Shown here: positions 46,268 to 56,507 of the stretch, piece after piece
How the letters are laid out: every line of letters starts with the position of its first letter
Position numbering within the stretch: the stretch's first letter is position 1
Virus record (IMG/VR): IMGVR_UViG_3300036893_000013
Coordinates: 1 to 64,000 of that record
Length of the DNA: 64,000 nt
Strand: one strand, 5' to 3'
From: a virus
The notes under the pieces: model-generated
Databases searched by the model: none
What the model was told of the DNA's origin: nothing
Seen by the model: the letters and a program-made list of their open reading frames with translations, nothing else
Program-made: the position numbers and the translations under genes

Positions 46268-49200
46268 CTAAAGCTCAACTTGAAAACCCCCAAAAATAGT
46301 AAGAGTAAATAACTCGTCTTGTGAGTTCGTTTCATCGAAGACACCCATTATCTGCATATGACGACATAAAATACTCTGCTTAGTCTGAGACATATAAAAT
46401 CTCTGATTATACAGAGAATCACTAGGGGGAAGTTGAGCAGGATCATTAGTCCAAAATACTAGATCATCGAAGGGGCCAGCAATTTCGCCTATCCGAACAC
46501 CCAATGATATAGGATGACTTCCCTGTATTCTTACGCAATCAGTAGTAATAAATTCTGCTGCGGCAACTTGACCCGGGTAGGCAAGAACCAAGCTTCCTAG
46601 AATAAAGTTGGCCGGGTAAGTACTTCCGTTGTCTTCCCAATTGGTATAATCACGGTAAAGAATAGGACCTGAATAAGTAGGGGGAGGAGCTATCAGAAGC
46701 TGAATATTACCGGGGGTTGTTTCTACGGACTGAATGGCCCCGCAACCTTCCACTATATTAGCCTTTAGACTCCATGTCATACTAATATTTTCTGGGGGAG
46801 CGGTTGGTGACAGTCTATACCATCCGGTGCTACCGTCGGCCACAAACAAGCACTGATCGTTGCTCCCATTAACATGCCAAGTTAAATAACTAGCAGATGG
46901 ATCAAACTGTTGCAATAGGTCTGCTATAGGAAACCCAACCTGACTTATTCCGGAATGTACATTCAGTTCCACTGTCTGTCTGTCTGTAGTCATGAAGTAC
47001 ATAATACTTCCATTTACAGTCAGAGCATTGTAGCTCAACAGACCTACTCTTTGAATAAGAGGTTCCGAAGTAAAAGGTTCTTGTGCAGTTCCGTTACCGG
47101 AAATAACATAAATATCGGAGACGGTGAAAATCAGCATACCAACATTCAATGGAACCATTCTCTTAACCAGAGAGGGGAACTCGGCATAGTTATTAGGGGC
47201 AAAACCGTTGTAACCATTTCCAATAGGGGTATCGGGTCCAGTACTCCAAAACACCGTGTTGTCAACTGATACAAATAAACGGTTATCTTGGAAGGCTAGA
47301 TTTATACTACTCTTAGGGGGAAGGGAGTTTTGTAAAGCTAACGGAGCTTCGAGAAGAGTATCTAGCCCCGAATCGAGAGTTGTATCTGTAAATCCTTGAG
47401 CTAAGTATTGAGATAAAGGAACGGTATACTCGGTGTTTCCGTTTCCGGAAGCTGGAGGGGGAATTAAATAATAAGTAGCACCACCATCATCTGTTCTGAA
47501 AATAGCAACATAATCTGCTTGAGGGTCAATAACTTGGGGCAATCCTCCGGAGATGAATACCCCGCTGGCCTCAAAGAAACTGCCCGTAGCGGGAGATACC
47601 AAACTCGCGTTTGATACAGTATCGTCTAGAGTATTAACAAGGGCAACGGCATAGCTCCAGCCGCCTTGTGTTGTGGTTAAGCTTCCGGTAGGAGTTACGC
47701 CTATAGGACCGTTGTTCATCCATACCAAGTTGGGTACGTCAGCAGTTAAACCGTATAGAGTTGTAGAGAAAGTGGGTTCGGCGGTACCGCTAATTCCGGC
47801 TTCATACGCAATCTCTTCATTCGAATTCTGGTCTACCACAAAAGGCTGGGTGGTTTGATTTACATCTGCTGTCCATCCAAAGGTAGATACCGGTCCTATA
47901 TTCCACCATGTGTAATTTCCAGAAGGTTCTATTACAGTAGGGTATGCTGGGGAATCTGTTTGTAGAGCAGAAAGAGTACTAGGCCAGTCCGGGAAGGTAG
48001 GAGAAGTCCCTCCAGTACATGCTATACCAGCGGGAATAACGTTGTAGTTTATAGTGCTTCCGGGAGGGGAATAGACCATATAGAAACTAATAGTATTGTT
48101 GGCGAATGGTAGAGCAGGCGAAGTAGTTGGAAGAGTTTCTCCTGACGTACTGTGGTACCATACGCCGTATTGAATCTCAGCCGGATAGACTCCGGCAGCA
48201 GGAAAAGTAACCTGAACAATACTTGATGCAATACTAAGACCAGAAGATGGGTAATTAGCACTCATGATCTTATATCCTTTGATCGGTGTGCCGGTAGAAA
48301 AGTTGTAAGTGTTAGGATTGCCGCTATTGTTCCAAGTCATAGGTCCAATTGCAGAAGGTACTAATGTAGCCCCTGAATCAGCGGTTCCTACGTCAGCCGC
48401 AGGACCATAGTTAGAATGATTAAGTGGTGCTGTGAATGTCATCCCAGAAACAGAATCAATACTAACTGTCTCTCCGTTGAGAAACGTAGCGTTAGATAGT
48501 CCGGCAAAAGTAAGCTGCACCCCAACGCTAACTAGAGAGGCTAGGGTTCTGTCGCACTGCACAGTTACTTCATTGTTATTAACAGTAATATTTGTTACAT
48601 TCAGAGATATAGACCCATTACCTATGCCCCAGAACATAGCTACTTGGTGACCAAACGTAAAAGTGTAAGTTCCCGGGGCCGGAATTATAAAGACCGGTAG
48701 CATGGCAATACTTAAATTTTCCATCGCAGAGGGAAACAGTGTGCTTAATGTGCCACTTAGTGTTCCATCTCCATAGCTAAAAACACCTACTTCGACCGCA
48801 TTAGTTCCGCCTTGAGCACTGAGAAAGAAGCTACTCATAGTACCACTACCAGTTGCTGTTGAGACAGGCTGAGTACCATTTTGGCTCATTGGAGTATTAA
48901 AAGTACTGCCCGGAGGTCCGTTAGGAAGCTCACCCGCCGCACCTACATCGCTATTCTTCTGACTATTACATTGCCAGTAATAGACAGGAAAGTTGCTTCC
49001 CTGAGTCATTATGCCCGTATAGGGTTGAAGCTGGTAAACACAGTTGGTCGATCCCGGAGTATCTTCAATGATATGTCCAGATGAATATATCGTATGAGCA
49101 GCCCAAGTAAGAGTGGTATCTGAATCGTTAGATAAGCACTTCCACTTGGCGGTTCCGTCTGTAGTAATCTGCCCGACAATAGTACTACTAGTAGTCCACG

Positions 49201-51667
49201 GCGCAGTACCCCCAGAAACCCCACTGTCTACTAACTGCTGAAGATACTTGCTACCACTAACAGTAATGATAATAAACTGCCATCTGTTGTAGTAAGTATT
49301 TGCTTTCCAACCAGATACGGCATTATTAACAATTACATTAGGAGCAGTGCTCCCCCCGGCCATTCCCCAGTTCCAGACAATACCCCCATCAACAGAACTA
49401 CCTCTGTTAATCCATAATGCAGACCCATCTATGGTAGTTGTACCTTCTGTTAATGGCCACTGAACAGCATTGTTTGCGGTATAACTAGATATCGGATTAC
49501 CCCCAGAATTAACTGTTGGAATCTCAAGATCAGTAGTCGGAGGATAATAGCTAGAACCCAAAGCAACTATATTTACCGTACATCCTGTACCAGATATACC
49601 GGCTGTAGTAGCAACACCATTTTCAGTAGAATATCCAGTTCCTACATCTGTTATCTGGATAGTAGCAACACCACCAGTTGACCCGGTTAAACTAGCTACT
49701 CTAAACTGTGCTGTCCCAGAAGTACCAGACTGAGTGGGGAATAACCTATCACCTATTGCATATCCAGTACCGGCAGTTCCCAGTGTTCCTGCTGTAATAC
49801 CTCCCACAAGAACTCCAGTTATATTTACAGTCGCCCCGGTCCCCGTACCGTTAGTAGTGGTGCTCACACCAGAAGCTACAGTGTAAGGCAGATACCCAGC
49901 GTTGTGAACTGTAAGACCAGTTATTGTAGTTCCCGATACCGTAGAGACTGTATAAGAGGCCCCGGCCCCCGAAACTTGTGTTGGATATACTAAATCTCCT
50001 ACATTATACCCAGTCCCTCCTGACCCCAAGGAAAAAGTGGCAATCTGTCCACCACTGACAGTAAGTATATTGAAGGTTGCTAAAGTACCTGTTCCAGAAG
50101 TAGTAGTAGCTAGTCCGGATGCAGCAGTATATCCAGTAAAACTAATTCCTTGATATACCAATCCTATGGTTGCGGGAATGCCATTAATACTCTCTACTAG
50201 AAAGACAGCCCCGGAAGCTGGAGAACCTACCGGAACCACTGGATATATAGCTTCTCCGACACTATATCCGGTACCACTTGCAGCTACCGAAGCAGAAGTT
50301 AGAGGACCGCCAGCATAGGTATTAGGAACTTCTGCGCTGAACTGAGTACCAGAGCTTACTATATTTACGGCTAATCCAGTACCAGAAGTAGCAGTAGTAG
50401 GGATATTAGTAGCTGAATAATAACCTTGTCCAGCAACCTGAATAGCAATTGCAGTCGCTACTCCGGTACATAATGTTACTCCTGTAACAGCACTAATCGA
50501 TACGGTAGCAACTTGAAAATAACCCCCTGAACCGCTAGTTTCTTCCGGAAAAATAAAATCTCCGACAGCATATCCAGTTCCCCCGACTGCTACAGTTGCC
50601 CCAGTTAAAGAACCTCCTGAAGTAGTTATATTAAGGGTGCAATTGACACCAATTCCAGACGTTGTGGTAGAGACATTACTACCGTTTATATACCCTGCTC
50701 CAGCAGAAGTTCCAACAGAAGTTACTTTAACTTGCCCATTCATACTCCCAGCCGGAGTAGTTTGGGAGAGAGAAACAATTTCCCCCACAGTATAACCTTG
50801 TCCACCGAAATATAGACTGGCAGTATTTATAGGACCAACAATATTCTCTATGGTTAAGGTTACACTCGTAGACCCCAAAACTTGAGTTACTAACGAATCT
50901 CCAGAAAAATAAAGTTGAAGACCAGATTGCAGTACTTGAGAGGCAGTTGGAAGGGGATTCGAATTAACATCTGTAGCCCGCATGGTAAACACAAAGGTCG
51001 AGTTATAAATGTAGAAACTAGACAACTGCACTACCGTTCCTATTAACTGTTCTACATTACCATTAGGATCAATGATGAAGGAGTTAAGTTCATAAGGAGT
51101 AAAATTGTACGGATTCAAGACAGCGTATAAGTTGCCGTTCGCTACTGCAATTTCTTGAAGAACAGTGGAATAAGGGATTCTCGTTTGAAGGGTATTAACC
51201 CATTTCTTCTGATTAGCTCCATCCCCCCAAAATAGAACGTTCCCCACACTCTGCATATAACTCTGTCCAGAATACGGACTTTTATTCCAGATATCTATCT
51301 GACCGTTATTTGAGGCATCATATAAGGCAGATTTGGTATCCACCATAGTTTTTATTTGTTCAGTATTAGCATTGAATAATCTAAACTCATAAAAACCATT
51401 TATATTACTCCACGTGTTACTATTCCACACGGAATTCCCCGGACGGCGAACCACTGTAAGTCGTTGGCTGAGTTCCAGATTTTCTCCCCCAAGAAAGGCA
51501 TCTCCTCTAGGCCCGTAAAATTTCTCTTCCAAACGGGTAGAAGCGGCATCTCGTATAGCTGCGCGGTTGCTCCATAGCCCAGTAGTCCATCTTGCCCCCT
51601 GATAAAGAGCAGACTTCCTAGAAGGGCGGGGAGGTTGGGCACCGGCTACTTGTAGAGGATTAGGCAT
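46268..51667 (-). CDS. Tail nozzle/tubular protein B-like with about 1100 aa of inserted repeat and adhesin domains
   Basis: N-terminal GENLELS..LTVVRRPG; C-terminal propeller-like FQDNRLF...VFWSTGPD...; central GxGYxVG(D/E) repeats. Confidence 0.65.
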   Translation of the reverse strand: MPNPLQVAGAQPPRPSRKSALYQGARWTTGLWSNRAAIRDAASTRLEEKFYGPRGDAFLGGENLELSQRLTVVRRPGNSVWNSNTWSNINGFYEFRLFNANTEQIKTMVDTKSALYDASNNGQIDIWNKSPYSGQSYMQSVGNVLFWGDGANQKKWVNTLQTRIPYSTVLQEIAVANGNLYAVLNPYNFTPYELNSFIIDPNGNVEQLIGTVVQLSSFYIYNSTFVFTMRATDVNSNPLPTASQVLQSGLQLYFSGDSLVTQVLGSTSVTLTIENIVGPINTASLYFGGQGYTVGEIVSLSQTTPAGSMNGQVKVTSVGTSAGAGYINGSNVSTTTSGIGVNCTLNITTSGGSLTGATVAVGGTGYAVGDFIFPEETSGSGGYFQVATVSISAVTGVTLCTGVATAIAIQVAGQGYYSATNIPTTATSGTGLAVNIVSSGTQFSAEVPNTYAGGPLTSASVAASGTGYSVGEAIYPVVPVGSPASGAVFLVESINGIPATIGLVYQGISFTGYTAASGLATTTSGTGTLATFNILTVSGGQIATFSLGSGGTGYNVGDLVYPTQVSGAGASYTVSTVSGTTITGLTVHNAGYLPYTVASGVSTTTNGTGTGATVNITGVLVGGITAGTLGTAGTGYAIGDRLFPTQSGTSGTAQFRVASLTGSTGGVATIQITDVGTGYSTENGVATTAGISGTGCTVNIVALGSSYYPPTTDLEIPTVNSGGNPISSYTANNAVQWPLTEGTTTIDGSALWINRGSSVDGGIVWNWGMAGGSTAPNVIVNNAVSGWKANTYYNRWQFIIITVSGSKYLQQLVDSGVSGGTAPWTTSSTIVGQITTDGTAKWKCLSNDSDTTLTWAAHTIYSSGHIIEDTPGSTNCVYQLQPYTGIMTQGSNFPVYYWQCNSQKNSDVGAAGELPNGPPGSTFNTPMSQNGTQPVSTATGSGTMSSFFLSAQGGTNAVEVGVFSYGDGTLSGTLSTLFPSAMENLSIAMLPVFIIPAPGTYTFTFGHQVAMFWGIGNGSISLNVTNITVNNNEVTVQCDRTLASLVSVGVQLTFAGLSNATFLNGETVSIDSVSGMTFTAPLNHSNYGPAADVGTADSGATLVPSAIGPMTWNNSGNPNTYNFSTGTPIKGYKIMSANYPSSGLSIASSIVQVTFPAAGVYPAEIQYGVWYHSTSGETLPTTSPALPFANNTISFYMVYSPPGSTINYNVIPAGIACTGGTSPTFPDWPSTLSALQTDSPAYPTVIEPSGNYTWWNIGPVSTFGWTADVNQTTQPFVVDQNSNEEIAYEAGISGTAEPTFSTTLYGLTADVPNLVWMNNGPIGVTPTGSLTTTQGGWSYAVALVNTLDDTVSNASLVSPATGSFFEASGVFISGGLPQVIDPQADYVAIFRTDDGGATYYLIPPPASGNGNTEYTVPLSQYLAQGFTDTTLDSGLDTLLEAPLALQNSLPPKSSINLAFQDNRLFVSVDNTVFWSTGPDTPIGNGYNGFAPNNYAEFPSLVKRMVPLNVGMLIFTVSDIYVISGNGTAQEPFTSEPLIQRVGLLSYNALTVNGSIMYFMTTDRQTVELNVHSGISQVGFPIADLLQQFDPSASYLTWHVNGSNDQCLFVADGSTGWYRLSPTAPPENISMTWSLKANIVEGCGAIQSVETTPGNIQLLIAPPPTYSGPILYRDYTNWEDNGSTYPANFILGSLVLAYPGQVAAAEFITTDCVRIQGSHPISLGVRIGEIAGPFDDLVFWTNDPAQLPPSDSLYNQRFYMSQTKQSILCRHMQIMGVFDETNSQDELFTLTIFGGFQVEL
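49560..50830 (-). repeat. Degenerate protein-level tandem repeats (GxGYxVG[DE]...GxGY...TTTxGxGTG) within the nozzle
   Basis: GGQGYTVGE, GGTGYAVGD, SGTGYSVGE, GGTGYNVGD, AGTGYAIGD, VGTGYST recur at roughly 80-100 aa spacing. Confidence 0.8.
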
Positions 51668-52884
51668 TAATGAATAGAACCACCTGAAATTTTTCCGTAA
51701 AGGCCACTATTAGTGGTGGCAGTGTTGATGGTATAAGCCCCATAAGAACTTACCGTTGAATCTGAAAGTGTACTTGTGCCTGCCACTACGTTAAGAGTAG
51801 TCACAGTACTATTGATAGTTATGGTATTACTTGATCCCGAAAGAGAGGTGCCGGTACTGCATCCGGTTCCCGCGCCGTTTGTTACTGGAGTTGTGCCATT
51901 CTCCGTATAACACATAATTGTAGTTCCAGAATTTGAGTTAGAACAGGTAACTGTTATGGAAGAACTTGAGACACCAGACCCGGGAGTACAGGTAGGAGCA
52001 GTTGCATTTCCACCGCTGTTCACGGTGTAACTGAAGTTATAAACCCAAAGAGGTCCGACTGTATTTCCATCAGTTCCAGCCGTAAGACCCACATAAGCTG
52101 TGTTCATGCTGCCGACGATTGACGGAATGTTAACGCTAGTCCATACATTATGAAAGCAAGTCGAAGAAGAGGTTGGAGTACACGTTCCTCCAGCAGTAAT
52201 ATCATAGAGATTTAGAGTGAAATTTGAACCATCATAAATAACTGTGGCCGAATAAGTGTCTCCAGTCGTGGTGTTAACGGTCGTGGCTGGAGAATTTAAT
52301 GGTACCGGAGAGGTACTGATCTTACTAGGAGTGTAGTCCGAGTTATACGGAGGAATACAAGGAGACTGACTAGCTTGATAAATCTGAGCACTGCTGTAAC
52401 TGAATGGAAAGGGCCACACAGCACTAGATGACAGTGTACTGATCTGATCGAGTTCTAGAGCAAAAACATTATTAGGTTCGGGAGGTACGAAAGCTTGATA
52501 AAATCCACCTTCGCATCCGGCCCCGGCAACGAAGGTCTGTCCTTGTGCTCCTCCCAGATTGTTCGTATTGTTCAGAGTGAAAGCAATATTGACACCGTTT
52601 GGTACGAAGGTAAAAGTAGAGGTAAAAGCTTGTACATTAACGGCGTAGTAATAAATCAAACTTGAAGACCCATGCCCGGCTCCGTTAGGCTGCAAAAGAA
52701 TATTACTACTTGAAACACTTGAATCTGAGTTATTGAAAAACTGGAAACCCGGATTTCCATATTGCTGTACACTACACGTTCCAGATGTCGCAGCAATCCA
52801 GTTTCCTTGTGTGCAACTGAATATTGACTGCGCCGAAACAAGGGAACTGAAGCAAATAATGCCAAGAATGAGTAGTATTTTCAT
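51667..52884 (-). CDS. Signal-peptide protein: L-type (legume) lectin-like domain plus chitobiase/FN3-associated domain
   Basis: MKILLILGIICFSSLVSA|Q; VNVQAFTSTFTF, FALELD, YSATVIYDGS, AYVGLTAGT; APTCTP.SG...CYTENGTTP. Confidence 0.72.
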   Translation of the reverse strand: MKILLILGIICFSSLVSAQSIFSCTQGNWIAATSGTCSVQQYGNPGFQFFNNSDSSVSSSNILLQPNGAGHGSSSLIYYYAVNVQAFTSTFTFVPNGVNIAFTLNNTNNLGGAQGQTFVAGAGCEGGFYQAFVPPEPNNVFALELDQISTLSSSAVWPFPFSYSSAQIYQASQSPCIPPYNSDYTPSKISTSPVPLNSPATTVNTTTGDTYSATVIYDGSNFTLNLYDITAGGTCTPTSSSTCFHNVWTSVNIPSIVGSMNTAYVGLTAGTDGNTVGPLWVYNFSYTVNSGGNATAPTCTPGSGVSSSSITVTCSNSNSGTTIMCYTENGTTPVTNGAGTGCSTGTSLSGSSNTITINSTVTTLNVVAGTSTLSDSTVSSYGAYTINTATTNSGLYGKISGGSIH

Positions 52885-54309
52885 TTACTGTATTGTTGTG
52901 CCAGAATTATATACATCACCGGAGTTAAATGCACTAGCAGAGACACACCCGGGGGTTACAAGTCCGGTTGGTAAATTGGTGGAACATAGCCACTGCGGAT
53001 AGAGCGGATCATACCGACTAGTATTTGAGACTGTCTGATAGCCGTATGCTGCTGCTACAGAAGTTGGGGTAAAATTAGAAATTAGTGTAGCCATACACGC
53101 TACGGTACTCGCATACGAAGAACAAGATGGTGCTCCCGGAACTGTTGGATTACTAAACGAAACGGCTGTTCCGATGGTATTATTAGGACCATAAGCAAAT
53201 GATCCTGAAGTATAAATTATAGTATTGTTTCCACTTACTCCCGAAGCATATGTGCTGTACAAATGATCGGTCGCATTTCCGTTGCCGACAGCCATCGCGT
53301 AGATCGCATTACCACCAAGACCCGTAGCTGTCGATGTCTGGAGAAGGTTGTTCCAAGCCTGCACATTGTAAGCTGAATAAAGAAATAGTTCTCCAACATC
53401 TGTGCGATTTTGATGTGTATCCCGAAGATTACCCCAAGAGGTATTGTAAAGCATATACACATTACCTAGCGAAGAACCCACTGAATTATAAGGCACTTCA
53501 AGGCCGCTGCTGCCGTTCCCTACAGTAATATTGTTTTGTACAACGACTTGTTGAGAATATGGAGTACCACTCGACTGGGAATAATCTAATGAATCTACGA
53601 TAATTCCTTCTCCATCTGTTGAACCTCCTCCATTACAGGTGGCAGGATCATAGTTGGCATAAGAAAAATTACCCGCAATATAGATATGAGTGCCGGGACT
53701 GGTGTCTTTAGCAAGAGGTTGATAGACACTTATACCACTATAACAGGCAGTATTTCCCTGAGCAGCGTTATAAACTATATCCCCTACAATTGCAATGTAA
53801 TCTACCGAGTAGCTAGTACCGTCATTAAATGTGGAAAATCCACCTCCAATACAGCCGTTAGCTATATCGTCAACAAAGGCAACATCGTACACTTCTGAAG
53901 GTGTAGTTTGATTAGGGGAGGCCATAAAGCATCCTATGTATTGCTGAGGAGCAGAAGAACCCTGAACTTCCCACCCAGCAATCATCCAATGCGGCTTATC
54001 TACCCAGAAGTAGCCCGTAGAACCACTAATGATACAGGCATCAAAGGTGGTACATTTAAGAGTGGCAAAACAGTGGCCTGACCCAGTAACCGCGCCCCAT
54101 TCCCCTTGCCAGAAGTTCCACCCGCTATACGAAGAAGAAGCAGCGGCTGTGATTATATCACCACAATTAACGGCATGGTTTGGACTGAGCCAAGGTGTTC
54201 CGGTAGAGGTTCCGTTATTTGAGTCACTTCCCGACGGCGACAGATAGTAGTTTGTCGCAAAACAGGGAATGGCAAACAGAGATATAAATATTAGAAGATA
54301 TCTTATCAT
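52885..54309 (-). CDS. Signal-peptide protein: right-handed parallel beta-helix (pectate-lyase-like)
   Basis: Start MIRYLLIFISLFAIPCFA|TNYYLSPSGSDSNNGTS..TPW (TAATG overlap at 54309); Asn-ladder coils IAGNFSYAN, TDGEGIIVD, VQNNITVGNG, YNTSWGN. Confidence 0.75.
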   Translation of the reverse strand: MIRYLLIFISLFAIPCFATNYYLSPSGSDSNNGTSTGTPWLSPNHAVNCGDIITAAASSSYSGWNFWQGEWGAVTGSGHCFATLKCTTFDACIISGSTGYFWVDKPHWMIAGWEVQGSSAPQQYIGCFMASPNQTTPSEVYDVAFVDDIANGCIGGGFSTFNDGTSYSVDYIAIVGDIVYNAAQGNTACYSGISVYQPLAKDTSPGTHIYIAGNFSYANYDPATCNGGGSTDGEGIIVDSLDYSQSSGTPYSQQVVVQNNITVGNGSSGLEVPYNSVGSSLGNVYMLYNTSWGNLRDTHQNRTDVGELFLYSAYNVQAWNNLLQTSTATGLGGNAIYAMAVGNGNATDHLYSTYASGVSGNNTIIYTSGSFAYGPNNTIGTAVSFSNPTVPGAPSCSSYASTVACMATLISNFTPTSVAAAYGYQTVSNTSRYDPLYPQWLCSTNLPTGLVTPGCVSASAFNSGDVYNSGTTIQ

Positions 54310-56504
54310 TAGTTGTGCGCCATCATTCCAATCTGGTTGCCTGACCCCCACGATGCTGTTGGAATAGTGATTGTTGACGGTAGTTGCCCGTTTGTGGATG
54401 TTTGACTTACAGGCTGACTGGCATTATATGGGGTGAAACCTTTCCACTCTTCGTCAAGATTAAGAACAGTGGCATTTCCGGTTACCGCCATATAATAATA
54501 CTGACCGGCTGCTGGAGCAGTTAAAGTTACAGGGGAAGATTGGGTAATTGCCTGATCCCATTGACCAGTATGAGTTATGGCTACACCTTGAGAACCGGAA
54601 CCAATATCAGCAACTAGAGGGCAACTTGTTCCACCTAGAGCACAAGGACCATAAATACCTATGTCGTAGTAATGTCCAGAAGTAGTGTCATCAGTAGAAA
54701 CTTGGAAATCTAGATAAGAAATTTTCTGAGCGGTCGCTGGCCCGTTTACGATTACCCAAGTATAAACAGTTCCAGCAGTTCCTACTCCGAAACTTCCCTG
54801 ACTGGTTGAACCCATTGAAATGGGCCAGATAGAAGCAGAAGTGGAACTTCCGCTAGCACAGTTTGCCACATAAGCATCTGTTGCAATATCAGTGTTACTT
54901 GCACAAGATTGTGTCGGAGCGGTAGGAGTTCCTGTAAGAGCAGGAGAAGCAGCAAGTACAACGTTGCCAGTACCAGTACTTGATACATACCCAATTGCCG
55001 ACCATCCGCTAGATGGAGTACCTGCGGTCATGAACTGGGTTCCGGAAGGAGCAGTTGTACTCGGTTGCCATCCGTAAGCAGTAGCAGAAGTCGAGGAGAA
55101 TCCACCAATAGCGAAGTCGTGTGTAGGGATAGTTTGATTTGTAGTGTTACCACCTAAATACATCATACCGGCATCTCCAGAAGGGGGAGCAGAACCAATT
55201 GGTCCAGCGGAAGCTGTAATACCTCCGCTACCGGCGTATGTTAAGGTATTAGCAGTTGTTGCCCCATCATCGAGGTTAGAATCCCCACTAACCGTGCTAC
55301 CAGTTGACGAATACCATGTAATATGACCAGCATTTCCACTACTAACCGTGCCCCCGCCTCCCACAAAAGTACATGTGGATATTGCACTAGAAGGAGTTCC
55401 GCAGCTTAAAAGTGGTGTCGAATTGGTGGGTCCAGTAGCTGGTAGCTGGAGAGCATAAGCTGTAAAAGAAGCTGACGAGGGTCCCATAAATCCAGTGGTA
55501 TTCGAAGTAACGGCCTGATTTGCTGTATTGCCTATAAGAGAAATATATCCAGAATGCACACCGTCTGAAGTCGCTGAAACACCAGAACTAAAAGCCGCAG
55601 AAGTACCAGTAAGTGCTCCGGTTAAAGTGCCTCCTGTAAGAGGAAGATCGAGAGTGGCACTGTTAGCCACACACGAGGCGCAAGTACCAGTTAAGTTGGT
55701 AATTACTCCGGAAGCGGGAGTTCCTAACGCAGGAGTGATAAGGGTAAGATTGGTTGCACTCAATCCACTAGGAAGAGTTGTGCTTTCGGAGGGAACTCCG
55801 CTGCCGTTAGTACTTACAACTGCATTATTTACAGGAGTAACTCCAGCCAAAGCCGAAGTAGTACCTGCGCTATATACGATTGAATTAGTAGCTAAGTTAG
55901 CAAGAGTACCGAGATTTGCTGCTGTTGCTGCGGTTGGACCCGCACTTGTTGAATCAAATTGAAATCCGGAAATAGCCGATCCACCTACTTGAGATACTGT
56001 TCCTGTTTGTGTATACCACGTAACATCGTATTGGGGTTCAGCGGTTACTGTTCCTGATCCGGAAGGAGTTTGGCAAGCTCCATCTCCTCTGAGATACGTA
56101 GAGGAACTACAAGTTCCCGACCATAACCCATACACATCCGCTGCGACTGCTATAGAAGGTACACCGGTAGTTGTAGTATTTTTTAAAATACCTGTTCCAA
56201 GGCCGGACAGAAGGGTTCCGTTAATACCTTTTACAGTAGTAGCACCCCCTGTAGAAGTACTGACAGCATCGCCAGTAAGGGCATTGAAGGTACCACTTCC
56301 ACCAAAAGCTGTCCATGTGTTTGTTGCAGAACAGTAGTATGGAGATTCAATCCCACCAGAAAGCAGGTAGAAATTAATCACAGGACTACTAACCGAGCAA
56401 GTCGCGGGGAGACTAGAACCACTACCGTAACTTACAACTCCGCTTTGTGGTCCCGTCTGCGCGAGAGCGGGGAGTGCGAAAAATAAAAATAAGAGTTTTT
56501 TCAT
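54309..56504 (-). CDS. Tail-fibre-like protein with a cleavable signal peptide
   Basis: MKKLLFLFFALPALA|QT; fibre motifs TPALGTPASG, LPLTGGTLTGALTG, GTGNVVLAASPALTGTPTAPT...IATDAYV; globular C-terminal tip. Confidence 0.7.
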   Translation of the reverse strand: MKKLLFLFFALPALAQTGPQSGVVSYGSGSSLPATCSVSSPVINFYLLSGGIESPYYCSATNTWTAFGGSGTFNALTGDAVSTSTGGATTVKGINGTLLSGLGTGILKNTTTTGVPSIAVAADVYGLWSGTCSSSTYLRGDGACQTPSGSGTVTAEPQYDVTWYTQTGTVSQVGGSAISGFQFDSTSAGPTAATAANLGTLANLATNSIVYSAGTTSALAGVTPVNNAVVSTNGSGVPSESTTLPSGLSATNLTLITPALGTPASGVITNLTGTCASCVANSATLDLPLTGGTLTGALTGTSAAFSSGVSATSDGVHSGYISLIGNTANQAVTSNTTGFMGPSSASFTAYALQLPATGPTNSTPLLSCGTPSSAISTCTFVGGGGTVSSGNAGHITWYSSTGSTVSGDSNLDDGATTANTLTYAGSGGITASAGPIGSAPPSGDAGMMYLGGNTTNQTIPTHDFAIGGFSSTSATAYGWQPSTTAPSGTQFMTAGTPSSGWSAIGYVSSTGTGNVVLAASPALTGTPTAPTQSCASNTDIATDAYVANCASGSSTSASIWPISMGSTSQGSFGVGTAGTVYTWVIVNGPATAQKISYLDFQVSTDDTTSGHYYDIGIYGPCALGGTSCPLVADIGSGSQGVAITHTGQWDQAITQSSPVTLTAPAAGQYYYMAVTGNATVLNLDEEWKGFTPYNASQPVSQTSTNGQLPSTITIPTASWGSGNQIGMMAHN

Positions 56505-56507
56505 ATT

